DNA from: Candidatus Kerfeldbacteria bacterium
GTDB lineage: Bacteria > Patescibacteriota > Patescibacteriia > SBBC01 > CAIJZX01
Reading direction: 5' to 3'
Assembly: GCA_963731735.1 (NCBI GenBank)
Contig: CAVSWO010000001.1
Span: 761-64,760 of the forward strand
Length of the DNA stretch: 64,000 bases
Positions 1-8,771 of the stretch are shown here, in pieces. Within the stretch, counting starts at the first letter, position 1, and every line of letters begins with the position of its first letter. The notes under the pieces are model-generated. The model worked only from the letters and a program-made list of their open reading frames with translations. It was not told the DNA's origin and made no database searches. Made by a program: the position numbers and the translations under genes.

Positions 1-1464
1 ATTGTTTGGGTCAGAATAATAAAAATAGTAGTTGTTTTAGCGCCCGTACTGATTGGGTTCATGATCCTCAACCACCGATATGTACTCACGCCGAGCCTGA
101 CTTACACATATAAGCCGGGTGGTAGGGTCGGAGTTATCGGTCCGGAACAACCAGAGTCGCTGCTTCAGACGGCTGATACGCAACTAAAATGGAAGCTTTC
201 AACAGAGACCCTTCCGATGCATGTTCGCATTCCGCGTATTTTGGAAACAGTGGATGTGCGATTACGACTTGACCCTGGCACTCAACCCTACGCATCTTTT
301 ACAGCGAAGGGAAAAAACGGGATTGATCAAACTTCAATTCTTTATGCTGAGGGATTGGAGAATCTTGACTGGAAAGCAATCCAAGAGAACGGCCTCACTC
401 TTTGGCAACGCAATGCGCAGGGCGCATATGCAAGTATTCAAAAATTTTTGGCCGATCCGCCCGATCCAACGCAAATCGCGGTTGCGGGCATCGATCGCAT
501 GGCTTTTTCAAAACCCGTCTTTGGTCAGACAGGTGCCAATACAACAACGGTCGCACATGATATACGCGGTTCGCATGCATTATATACATTTGTTGAGAAT
601 GGAAGTTTGTCGGTTCACATGCAAAAAATTGACCTTAATCGCGTACCGGGCCAAGATACACTGGTTATTCGGGTATATCGCGTAAGTACAGATTTGCAAG
701 AGAATCCGGTACCGGTCGCGATCTCAAAAGTTCAGGATGATGGGGACGCGAAGGACAGTGATCACCATGGAGACCCGCAACCGGTTGATTTTGTTGTCGA
801 TAATCTTCAGACGGGGATTTATCGGATTGAACTCGATACCAGCGAGGATGTACTCATTAGGGACCTAGCGGTTAATCAAGCATATCTGGCATTTGATCGG
901 CGAGTGTTTCTGGCCGAAGGGCCAACCTATGGAACAGATTTTGACCCGGTTTCACTCGCCACGAATGGATCCCAGGTTTCGGTGGCGGCGGTGCATGATG
1001 TCGGAAAACAAAAAATTAGCATTGGGTCTCATACGTTGGTGCTGAAAGATCTAAAAGTTGATGAAACCGCAACTGAATTAGTCGGTACCACTCATTTTCG
1101 CTTAAATCGCGGTGATGTAATTGTGCAATCAGATGGCCTGATTGAAATTGATGACGCAAAATTACTTTCAGCCGGTGCCAAATCACTCGATGTTACTGGT
1201 CCTAAATTGCGATTAAAAAACATAGATTATGTTTTGGCCCGATACGTGACTCACGCTAACGGGTCTATAGAATTTGATCAAAAGTATGATGTTAACGAGT
1301 TAGAATTATTTACTAACGATCTCAAATTTGTCCTGTATACGCCAAACTTGGTTTCGGGGAATTTTACCTTGGGTTTCAAAGATTTTAAAGTCCGTTTACA
1401 ACGTGGACCATTTCCGTGGTCAAAGATTCCGGAAAAAATTGGTAAGGTATTAGGACGAAAATGA
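1..1464 (+). CDS. Membrane-anchored extracellular beta-rich hypothetical protein (5' partial)
   Basis: Frame is open from base 1 (IVWVRIIKIVVVLAPVLIGF, a TM segment) into the 467-aa ORF; stop overlaps the next start (ATGA). Confidence 0.75.
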   Translation: MVWVRIIKIVVVLAPVLIGFMILNHRYVLTPSLTYTYKPGGRVGVIGPEQPESLLQTADTQLKWKLSTETLPMHVRIPRILETVDVRLRLDPGTQPYASFTAKGKNGIDQTSILYAEGLENLDWKAIQENGLTLWQRNAQGAYASIQKFLADPPDPTQIAVAGIDRMAFSKPVFGQTGANTTTVAHDIRGSHALYTFVENGSLSVHMQKIDLNRVPGQDTLVIRVYRVSTDLQENPVPVAISKVQDDGDAKDSDHHGDPQPVDFVVDNLQTGIYRIELDTSEDVLIRDLAVNQAYLAFDRRVFLAEGPTYGTDFDPVSLATNGSQVSVAAVHDVGKQKISIGSHTLVLKDLKVDETATELVGTTHFRLNRGDVIVQSDGLIEIDDAKLLSAGAKSLDVTGPKLRLKNIDYVLARYVTHANGSIEFDQKYDVNELELFTNDLKFVLYTPNLVSGNFTLGFKDFKVRLQRGPFPWSKIPEKIGKVLGRK

Positions 1465-1880
1465 GAAGAGTTACTGTATCTTTTCCATGGCCTTTATCTC
1501 CAGCGGCAACGCGAGAAATTTTTTCATTTAGCTTTACGACGGCGCTGGTAACGTATTTATTGCTGTATCTCGTTGAAAGTCTTTCCCCGGGGGCAGTCAG
1601 TCGATACTATAATCTAGACCATTTTCTCTGGGTAACCATTATTTTGGGAGTCATTTCCAGTTTCTGGCCAGCCACTGTACAGAATGCGCGTGAGGATTCG
1701 AAACCGGATTGGAAGGATTACCTGTGGATAGTAGTGCTGGCGCTGGGATCTGGAGCCGTGATCTATAGTAAATCACAGGATCTTGGACTGATGGCGAAAA
1801 TTATTGCTCCACTCGGAGCTTTGATTGTATTCGGTATGGCACTTCTGGTCTATTTTGATCGTTCAGAAGACTCATCTTGA
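1461..1880 (+). CDS. Small 4-TM membrane protein
   Basis: 139 aa with four hydrophobic segments; coupled to the upstream gene. Confidence 0.75.
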   Translation: MRRVTVSFPWPLSPAATREIFSFSFTTALVTYLLLYLVESLSPGAVSRYYNLDHFLWVTIILGVISSFWPATVQNAREDSKPDWKDYLWIVVLALGSGAVIYSKSQDLGLMAKIIAPLGALIVFGMALLVYFDRSEDSS

Positions 1881-1960
1881 CTATTTAGTACGAAGATACT
1901 AGGGTTGATTCGGACAGGGTGAATTCTATGGTTTGGACTCCATGGAGCAAGGAGGTTCAC

Positions 1961-2128
1961 ATGCCGAAGCCTGGCCATAACCGCCGTAAGAAAAACACTG
2001 GGCCCAGACCTAGGAACAAAGGTCGAGCGACTGATCAGCAACTCTCAGAGCTCATTCAACTTCTCAAGAAGCACCGCATTCACGGCCAACTCAAGTTCCG
2101 TCCCAACCGCGCCCTCTCACAAGAGTGA
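1961..2128 (+). CDS. Small basic orphan protein (55 aa)
   Basis: AAGGAGG 5 nt before ATG 1961; putative TTGACT-17-TAGGGT promoter at 1877-1905; terminator directly downstream. Confidence 0.6.
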   Translation: MPKPGHNRRKKNTGPRPRNKGRATDQQLSELIQLLKKHRIHGQLKFRPNRALSQE

Positions 2129-2144
2129 GGGGGCGTACTTTTTT
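2108..2144 (+). terminator. Intrinsic terminator
   Basis: CGCCCTCTCAC-AAGA-GTGAGGGGGCG hairpin followed by TACTTTTTT. Confidence 0.7.
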
Positions 2145-2259
2145 CGTGGTATAGGGGAGAAGGAATAGATTTTTATTCGTGTGATTCAGTCAAGGATTGG
2201 CTAATTCACCTTGTTTGAAGAAAGAGTATTTTTTTGGTAGATTGAACTCAAATAATCTC

Positions 2260-3825
2260 ATGCAAGCCCAAATATTTTCCCGCAAGAACCTGTACATTTG
2301 GTTTGGATTGGCAGTCTGGATCGTACTCGCGGGTTGGGCCAGCCTCCAGCCGAGTACCCAAGGATCGCCCGATGAAGCGGCGAACGCCTACTTCACCCGG
2401 CAAGTCGCCGCCAACGGTCAACTCGAAGTTGACGCCGCCACCCAGTTTACATTGACCGCTGACCAGCTGGCGTACTGGCACCCGCGGAGTATCCGGGCCG
2501 CCGGGACCAACCTACAATTATTGAGTTTTCCGGGCTTACCGCTGGCTGGGGGATTGATTGATCGCTTGCTGGGCAGGGACCTAGACCGCCTGCTGACGCC
2601 CTTCCTCGCGCTGTTTGGGCTATTTGCCCTCTACCGGATTCTGCGTCGATTCTGGAGCTCCTGGTGGGCTTGGCTGGGCACGGCTCTGGTGGCCCTGCAT
2701 CCGGTCTGGTGGGAATTTACGACCTTGCCGTATTTTCACAATGGCGCCTTCGCGGCGCTGCTGATCGTGACCGGTTGGCGATTGATGCGGCTGTGGGATT
2801 CCCATCGATCAGTCGATGCGGTCTGGACCGGTCTGGCGTTTGGAGCGGCTTTGTTTTTTCGTCCGGTCGAAGTGCTGTGGACGGGGCCGCTGCTGGCGAT
2901 CGTCCTGCTGGCCCAACGTCAATGGAAGAATTTGGCTCTGACGACACTTATCACCCTGGTGGTCCAGCTGGCCTGGTGGGTACCCGGTTGGGCGACGTAC
3001 GGACCCTCGCTGGGGGCCGGGTATTCCTCGGCGGTGGTCAGTCAAGCTGGTTCGGTCGTTACCCGCTCTTCCGCGACGCTGTGGTCTATCCTGACGCCTC
3101 CCGGCGGCTGGTCGTGGCACTGGCTGAGTTCAACCGGCTGGTACCTCGGGATGCTGCTGCCGAGTTGGACGCTGGCGGCCTTGGTGGGATTTGTCTTTTA
3201 CCTGAAACGCATCTGGCCGCAGCGCGGCAAGGTCTTGAAGATTAGCCTGGTAACCATCTTTGTAGTGTTTCCGCTGGTTTACTATGGCAGCTGGGATCTC
3301 TATCCGCTGGAGGCGCCGGGTACCGTCGGAGCGCTGGCCTCCTACGCGCGCTATTGGATTCCGTTGTACGTGGCGATGGTGGTCGGGGTACTCTGGTTCT
3401 TGAAGCGGTTGCGGAAGCAACCGGTCCTGCTGGCCTTGGCGATGACCGGACTGTGCGTCAGCCAAGTGACCGCGATAATCTGGCACCCGAACTCCGGCCT
3501 GCTGCATCGTCTCGATCAAGATCGAATGCAAGTTACGAAACGCCAAGCCGTGCTCGAGCAAACCCCGGCCGACGCCGCCATCATTGCCGGGCACATGGAT
3601 AAAGTGCTGTTTCCTGATCGCATCGTGGCTTTCCGTTTGCCTTCGACCGAGGCTGCCTGGGCGGCGGTTGAGAGCCTAGCCGGCACCCGACCGGTGTATG
3701 TCTACGGTACGCCGCGGCAGTATGATTCGGAAAATCTCGAAACCCAATTACGAACGCATCACCTGTCGCTTGGTCCACGCGCCGCCATCGGTTCCGATTC
3801 GCTCTGGGAGGTGCGACCGTTATGA
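2260..3825 (+). CDS. GT-C fold membrane glycosyltransferase (ArnT/PMT, family 39-like)
   Basis: N-terminal SPDE motif after TM1, about 11-12 TMs, YARYWIP motif, soluble C-terminal domain; TTGAAG-17-TAGATT promoter upstream. Confidence 0.75.
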   Translation: MQAQIFSRKNLYIWFGLAVWIVLAGWASLQPSTQGSPDEAANAYFTRQVAANGQLEVDAATQFTLTADQLAYWHPRSIRAAGTNLQLLSFPGLPLAGGLIDRLLGRDLDRLLTPFLALFGLFALYRILRRFWSSWWAWLGTALVALHPVWWEFTTLPYFHNGAFAALLIVTGWRLMRLWDSHRSVDAVWTGLAFGAALFFRPVEVLWTGPLLAIVLLAQRQWKNLALTTLITLVVQLAWWVPGWATYGPSLGAGYSSAVVSQAGSVVTRSSATLWSILTPPGGWSWHWLSSTGWYLGMLLPSWTLAALVGFVFYLKRIWPQRGKVLKISLVTIFVVFPLVYYGSWDLYPLEAPGTVGALASYARYWIPLYVAMVVGVLWFLKRLRKQPVLLALAMTGLCVSQVTAIIWHPNSGLLHRLDQDRMQVTKRQAVLEQTPADAAIIAGHMDKVLFPDRIVAFRLPSTEAAWAAVESLAGTRPVYVYGTPRQYDSENLETQLRTHHLSLGPRAAIGSDSLWEVRPL

Positions 3826-4289
3826 TTGGACGCTGGATTGCCGGATTGAGTTTGGTGGGCTGGCTGATGGTGGCCGGTCTCGTGGTGCAGCATGCAGCGG
3901 CCTTGACCGGCACCACCACCCTGCGGTGGACCAATCTGACCCGCCCAACCCCGGCCATCAGCTGGGGCGCGATTCCGGAGACGGAGTCGGGTCGAGTGAT
4001 CATCAGTGCGGGACACGAACCAGGGTTTCGGGTCCGCTTGCCGCGCGGATTTGTTTCGGGGACGGTCAGCGTTCAAGCTGACCAAACAATCCCGGCCGGG
4101 CTGTCGCTGACCGCCGAGGCGCTCCCGACCGCTCAGTCGCCGGCCAGTACCATCCAAGGGTCGGTGCTGCAGCTGTCGGTCGATTGGCGCTCACTGGTGG
4201 CGCGCGGGCATGATTTTGTTTTCACCTTGCATAATCCAAGCGATCAGCCGGTCAAACTTTCGGCTATCACCATCACACTTCAACGATGA
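3822..4289 (+). CDS. Membrane-anchored hypothetical protein; short paralogue of 1..1464
   Basis: N-terminal TM; ATGA coupling; shared motifs (VRLPR, terminal LQR). Confidence 0.65.
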   Translation: MIGRWIAGLSLVGWLMVAGLVVQHAAALTGTTTLRWTNLTRPTPAISWGAIPETESGRVIISAGHEPGFRVRLPRGFVSGTVSVQADQTIPAGLSLTAEALPTAQSPASTIQGSVLQLSVDWRSLVARGHDFVFTLHNPSDQPVKLSAITITLQR

Positions 4290-4513
4290 ACCGCGACGCG
4301 CCACTCGAACTGACCTTCGCCATCAACCTACTGGGTTGGTGCGCGATCGTAACGTTGGAAGCCATCCGCCCGGGTTTGGTGGCTGATGCGCTCAATCTCC
4401 ACTGGTTGGTACTGGGGAGCGTGGTGGTGACGCTGGCGGCTTATGCGGCGGGTTCGTTCCAGGCGACTTCGCGCAGCGATCCGTCGGATGGATCGAACGT
4501 CACAAATCGCTGA
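4286..4513 (+). CDS. Small 2-TM protein; paralogue of the 1461..1880 N-terminal half
   Basis: E-x3-PG-x-V-x4-NL motif shared with 1461..1880; ATGA coupling. Confidence 0.6.
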   Translation: MNRDAPLELTFAINLLGWCAIVTLEAIRPGLVADALNLHWLVLGSVVVTLAAYAAGSFQATSRSDPSDGSNVTNR

Positions 4514-5739
4514 CGGCTGAGGTCCACCAGCATCACCCGGGTTTGCGGGGAGAGGGGATAGTGGAAAGCGGTACCCTGTCCTTGGCGGACGCTGAGGCTG
4601 CGGATGATTACCTGATCTGCATCGGCGGTCAGCAGTAAATGTTTCGGTTCAAGCCAGACCGCCTGCTGGTAGCTGCTGGGTGTGCGTTCAACCAGGGCCA
4701 CCTGCCCGTTGATAGAGGTTTGGAAATCTACCCCGTTGAACCACAGCGGCGCTTGGCTGCCCGGTTCCCAGTACAGCCGATCGAGCCGGCCGAAATCGAT
4801 TTGATGGAGTTGATTAGTGAGGCTGGTATAGCTCAACCAACGCGTGTCCCGGGAAGAATTTTCTCGCACCACCAATTCCGGGGCCGGGACAAATTGCCAA
4901 TCACCATCCAGCGTGGTTACCAGTGTGGGTTGGCTGTTGCCGGTGCCGGTCAGGCGATAGAGCTGGGTTTGGTCGGCGGTTTGACTGGTATACCAGACCG
5001 CATCTTGGTCGGCGCTGAGTGACGTGGCGGCGGCAATCGGCTGGACGGTTTGGGCATAGGCGTCGTACTGATTGAGTTGTCCGGCCTGCAACCCGAACCA
5101 GACATTGTCCGAGTCGGCGCTCCAGCCTAGCTGGTCCAGCGGTGGCAAGCTCCAGCTGGCCGCCGATTGCCCGGTCGGAAAGACGGCGGTTTCGGTCTCC
5201 GACTGAAGAATTGTCAGTTGCGCGTGCGGACTCTCCCGAATGGTTTGGGGCTGGAAGGCGGTTACCAGGCGCGACCCGGCCGTCGGCCAGAGTTGCTGCG
5301 TTTGCCAACTTGATTCGGACGGGCGGGTCAGGCCGTAGACATGCTGGTGCGCCGCATCGGTCAACGCCGCCGTCAGATCAGACCCGAGCAGGGTAGTTTT
5401 CGGGAGCGTGGGATACAGATGGACCGGCCCGATGACGGTGGCCACATTCGGCTGGACGGCAATCACATGTTGCCAGCTCGTATAGCCGGCTCGCACCAGT
5501 TCCAACTGGTAGGAACCAGGCGCCAAGCCGGCCATCCGCTTGGGAGTTTGACCCTGAACCACGCCGTTGAGCCGGACGATGGCTCGAGGATCGGCCTGGA
5601 CAACAATCAAGCCCGTCTTGGTAATGCCGATCGACGGTTGCCAGCGATACCCAAAGGTGGCCGCCAACACCAGCGGCGCCGCAATCGCAAACACCACAAA
5701 GGCCAAAATATAGACTATCCGACGTCGAACCAGGCTCAT
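4441..5739 (-). CDS. PEGA domain-containing membrane-anchored protein
   Basis: N-terminal TM, GYRW..KTGLIVV, LNG..GQTP, LAPGSYQLELVRAGYTSW (PEGA); beta-propeller-like remainder. Confidence 0.75.
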   Translation of the reverse strand: MSLVRRRIVYILAFVVFAIAAPLVLAATFGYRWQPSIGITKTGLIVVQADPRAIVRLNGVVQGQTPKRMAGLAPGSYQLELVRAGYTSWQHVIAVQPNVATVIGPVHLYPTLPKTTLLGSDLTAALTDAAHQHVYGLTRPSESSWQTQQLWPTAGSRLVTAFQPQTIRESPHAQLTILQSETETAVFPTGQSAASWSLPPLDQLGWSADSDNVWFGLQAGQLNQYDAYAQTVQPIAAATSLSADQDAVWYTSQTADQTQLYRLTGTGNSQPTLVTTLDGDWQFVPAPELVVRENSSRDTRWLSYTSLTNQLHQIDFGRLDRLYWEPGSQAPLWFNGVDFQTSINGQVALVERTPSSYQQAVWLEPKHLLLTADADQVIIRSLSVRQGQGTAFHYPLSPQTRVMLVDLSRQRFVTFDPSDGSLREVAWNEPAA

Positions 5740-5742
5740 GAC

Positions 5743-5771
5743 TTTGACGGTCCGACCACGACCCGATACAC
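5743..5771 (+). promoter_or_regulatory. sigma70 promoter for murA
   Basis: TTGACG-17 bp-TACACT. Confidence 0.55.
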
Positions 5772-5813
5772 TACGGTGCAGGCGCGCATATAGCCGCAGT
5801 CTACCATGTCTGT

Positions 5814-7133
5814 ATGAGTCACACCAAGCTATCGGAATACGTGATTGAAGGCGGCCATCCGTTATCCGGAACGATTGCGGTTCGAGGCGCGAAAAACGCG
5901 GCCTCGAAAATTTTATTGGCCACCATGCTCTCCGATCAGCCGTCGGTGATTACCCAGGTGCCGCTGTCTGGGGAAACTGATATCGCCGCTGAATTGATTG
6001 AGCAAATCGGCGGACGAGTTGACCGTCACGAACATACCTGGACGGTTTGCACGTCCCGGGTCCAGGCCAATAACTTACCGCCCCAAACCCGAAAAAATCG
6101 TTTACCAATCTTGACCCTCGGCCCGCTCCTCCAGCGGACCGGTCAAGCCGAAATCCCGATGGTCGGCGGAGATGCAATTGGACCGCGGCCCGTTAATTTT
6201 CACATTGATGCGCTGCGAGCCATGGGGGCGACGGTCCGGTTGGAGCAAGACCGATTGCGGGCCGAGACTCGCGGACTGCGCGGCGCCACGATTCGACTGC
6301 CATACCCAAGCGTCGGGGCGACCGAATCGATCGCGTTAACGGCGGTCTTGGCCGAAGGGCGGACGGTGATTGAGAATGCGGCGGTTGAACCCGAAGTTCA
6401 AGATTTATTGCAGATGTTGCAGATGATGGGCGCCATGATTGAATTACGTCCCAATCGCCGGGTGGTGATTGACGGTGTTCGACGCCTGGATGGGGCTCAG
6501 TATCGGGTGATGCCGGATCGGATCGAAGCGGCTTCGTTTGCCTGCCTGGCGCTGGCGACGCAGGGAGACTTGGTGGTTGAACACGCGCGGCAAGCCGATT
6601 TGTTCACATTTTTAACAACCATTCGACGCTTGCATGGGCGCTATGAAATCGACGACCAAGGAATTCGTTTTTTCGCGCCCGAACCCTTACACGGCGTGAT
6701 TGTTGAAACCGATACGCATCCGGGTTTTATGACTGACTGGCAACAACCGCTGGTCACCGTTTTAACCCAGGCCCAGGGGGAATCGATCATGCACGAAACG
6801 GTGTATGAAGATCGTTTTGGGTATACCAACGTGTTGAATCGAATGGGTGCCCGGATCGAAGTTTCGGATGCCTGCCTCGGGACCCTGCCGTGTCGGTTTG
6901 CCGGCCACGGGCACCAACACAGCGCGCGGATTCTCGGCCCGACAAAGCTCCATGGCACGACAATCGCCATCCCGGACATTCGGGCCGGCATGGCCCAGGT
7001 GATCGCCGCCCTGACGGCCGAAGGCACGTCGCGATTGACTGGCCTGGAACATTTGGATCGGGGCTACGAACAACTTGACCAACGACTCCAGGCAGTTGGC
7101 GCTCGTCTCCAGCGGACAGAACGTGTATACTAG
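5814..7133 (+). CDS. murA: UDP-N-acetylglucosamine 1-carboxyvinyltransferase
   Basis: GAKNAA, GGDAIGPRP, PSVGATE, PDRIEA, PGFMTDWQ, DIRAG and LDRGYE motifs. Confidence 0.95.
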   Translation: MSHTKLSEYVIEGGHPLSGTIAVRGAKNAASKILLATMLSDQPSVITQVPLSGETDIAAELIEQIGGRVDRHEHTWTVCTSRVQANNLPPQTRKNRLPILTLGPLLQRTGQAEIPMVGGDAIGPRPVNFHIDALRAMGATVRLEQDRLRAETRGLRGATIRLPYPSVGATESIALTAVLAEGRTVIENAAVEPEVQDLLQMLQMMGAMIELRPNRRVVIDGVRRLDGAQYRVMPDRIEAASFACLALATQGDLVVEHARQADLFTFLTTIRRLHGRYEIDDQGIRFFAPEPLHGVIVETDTHPGFMTDWQQPLVTVLTQAQGESIMHETVYEDRFGYTNVLNRMGARIEVSDACLGTLPCRFAGHGHQHSARILGPTKLHGTTIAIPDIRAGMAQVIAALTAEGTSRLTGLEHLDRGYEQLDQRLQAVGARLQRTERVY

Positions 7134-7137
7134 CCCT

Positions 7138-8334
7138 ATGGCCCTCCGACCGCGATTCCTGACGTTGATGCTTGGTCTGTTTTTCCTATCCGCCGGATTT
7201 GGGCTGGGAGTCTGGTCCAGCTCGCCCACCGCCCCGCCGGCGGCCGCCGAGTTGGCAAATACCGTGGCCAATATTCGCACCCGCGATCAATCCGGCTGGA
7301 CCACCTTTCAACGCGTCTGGAATGAAGTTCACGCCACCTACTTGCGGCGTTCGGTCAAGGACCAGACGCTTGTTGATGGCGCAACCAAGGGGCTGGTTGA
7401 AGCCCTGGGCGACCCCTATTCGGTCTATTTGACCAAAAGCGAATCCCAGGACTTTCAGGCTGAAATTGAAGGTTCATTTGAGGGAGTTGGGATGGAAATC
7501 AGCGTGAAAAATAATGTCTTAACGATTATTGCGCCCTTACCTGGCAGTCCGGCCGAGCAAGCCGGAGTCAAACCCGGGGATGTGATCACCGCCATTGGCG
7601 ATCAAGACGCCTCGGCCATGTCACTCGATCAGGCGGTCCAAAAAATCCGCGGTCAGGCCGGTACACAAGTCACCATCACGGTTGCTCGCGGTGACCAAAG
7701 CCTGGATCTGACCATGACCCGCGACACTATCAAGGTCGATTCTGTCCAGAGCCATGTCGAAACGGTGGGTGACACCAAACTCGGCTATATCCAAATCAGT
7801 CAATTCTCTTCCGACACCGCAAAATTATTCCAGCAGGCGGTGCAAAATTTACTGGGCCAATCGGTCAGCGGGTTGATCCTGGATTTACGGAACGATCCGG
7901 GCGGACTGCTTGACCAAGCGGTCGCGGTCGGCAAAAAATTTATCCCGTCCGGACCAATCGTCAAAGAAGTCGATCGCAACGGAAAAATTACCACCCTGGA
8001 TGCCGATAATACGGCTACGCTGACCAAGATTCCGACCGTGGTGTTGATCAACGGTGGATCGGCCTCGGCGGCTGAAATATTGGCGGGCGCGCTGCAGGAC
8101 TACGGCCAGGCCACCATCATCGGTGAAACCTCATTTGGGAAAGGGACGGTCCAAGATTTTCAGACCCTGCCGGACGGATCGAGCCTAAAACTCACGGTGG
8201 CCGAATGGCAAACGCCGCATGGTCGTTCGATCCAAGATAACGGGATCACGCCGGATATTGCAGTAAAAAATTCAGACGATCCCCAAGCGACGGACGCGCA
8301 GCTCGACCGCGCAAAACAGGAACTCACCCAATGA
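7138..8334 (+). CDS. ctpA: S41 family carboxyl-terminal processing protease
   Basis: DPYSVY, PDZ (FEGVG), LDLRNDPGG, SASAAEI and SFGKGTVQ motifs. Confidence 0.92.
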   Translation: MALRPRFLTLMLGLFFLSAGFGLGVWSSSPTAPPAAAELANTVANIRTRDQSGWTTFQRVWNEVHATYLRRSVKDQTLVDGATKGLVEALGDPYSVYLTKSESQDFQAEIEGSFEGVGMEISVKNNVLTIIAPLPGSPAEQAGVKPGDVITAIGDQDASAMSLDQAVQKIRGQAGTQVTITVARGDQSLDLTMTRDTIKVDSVQSHVETVGDTKLGYIQISQFSSDTAKLFQQAVQNLLGQSVSGLILDLRNDPGGLLDQAVAVGKKFIPSGPIVKEVDRNGKITTLDADNTATLTKIPTVVLINGGSASAAEILAGALQDYGQATIIGETSFGKGTVQDFQTLPDGSSLKLTVAEWQTPHGRSIQDNGITPDIAVKNSDDPQATDAQLDRAKQELTQ

Positions 8335-8771
8335 AGATCGTCCTGACCAAACGGCACCCAACGCTTGGCCAGCCCGGTCAAATTGTCGAGGTGGCGGATG
8401 CGTTTGCGCGGAATTTTTTACTGCCCAAGGGATGGGCGACGGTGGCTACGACCGAACGGATTGCGCAGACGGCGGCCAATCAGCAGCAGCGGGCCAAATC
8501 AGCCGAGCGTCAACGGCAGCAGTGGCGAGCCGCGGCTGCACAGGTCCAGGCGGCCGTCATACCGATGACTGCGGCGGCCAGTCCGACCGGAAAATTGTTT
8601 GCCGCCCTCAAGACGGCGGATTTGATGTCGGCCGCGGCGGCGCAGGGGCTGACCCTCTCGGACGCCGCCCTGGAACCCGATCACTGGAAGACGACCGGCC
8701 GGCACCAGGTCGCGGCCGTCTGGCCGGATGGTTCGCAAGCCCAATTTACGCTGGAGGTAACGGATGGCTAA
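8331..8771 (+). CDS. rplI: 50S ribosomal protein L9
   Basis: MKIVL..LGQPGQIVEVADAFARNFLLPKG; GKLFAA. Confidence 0.92.
   Translation: MKIVLTKRHPTLGQPGQIVEVADAFARNFLLPKGWATVATTERIAQTAANQQQRAKSAERQRQQWRAAAAQVQAAVIPMTAAASPTGKLFAALKTADLMSAAAAQGLTLSDAALEPDHWKTTGRHQVAAVWPDGSQAQFTLEVTDG

Noticed and set aside
4441-4513. 73-nt convergent overlap between the small membrane gene and the PEGA gene
   Set aside because: It involves only a hydrophilic tail; short convergent overlaps are common in compact genomes
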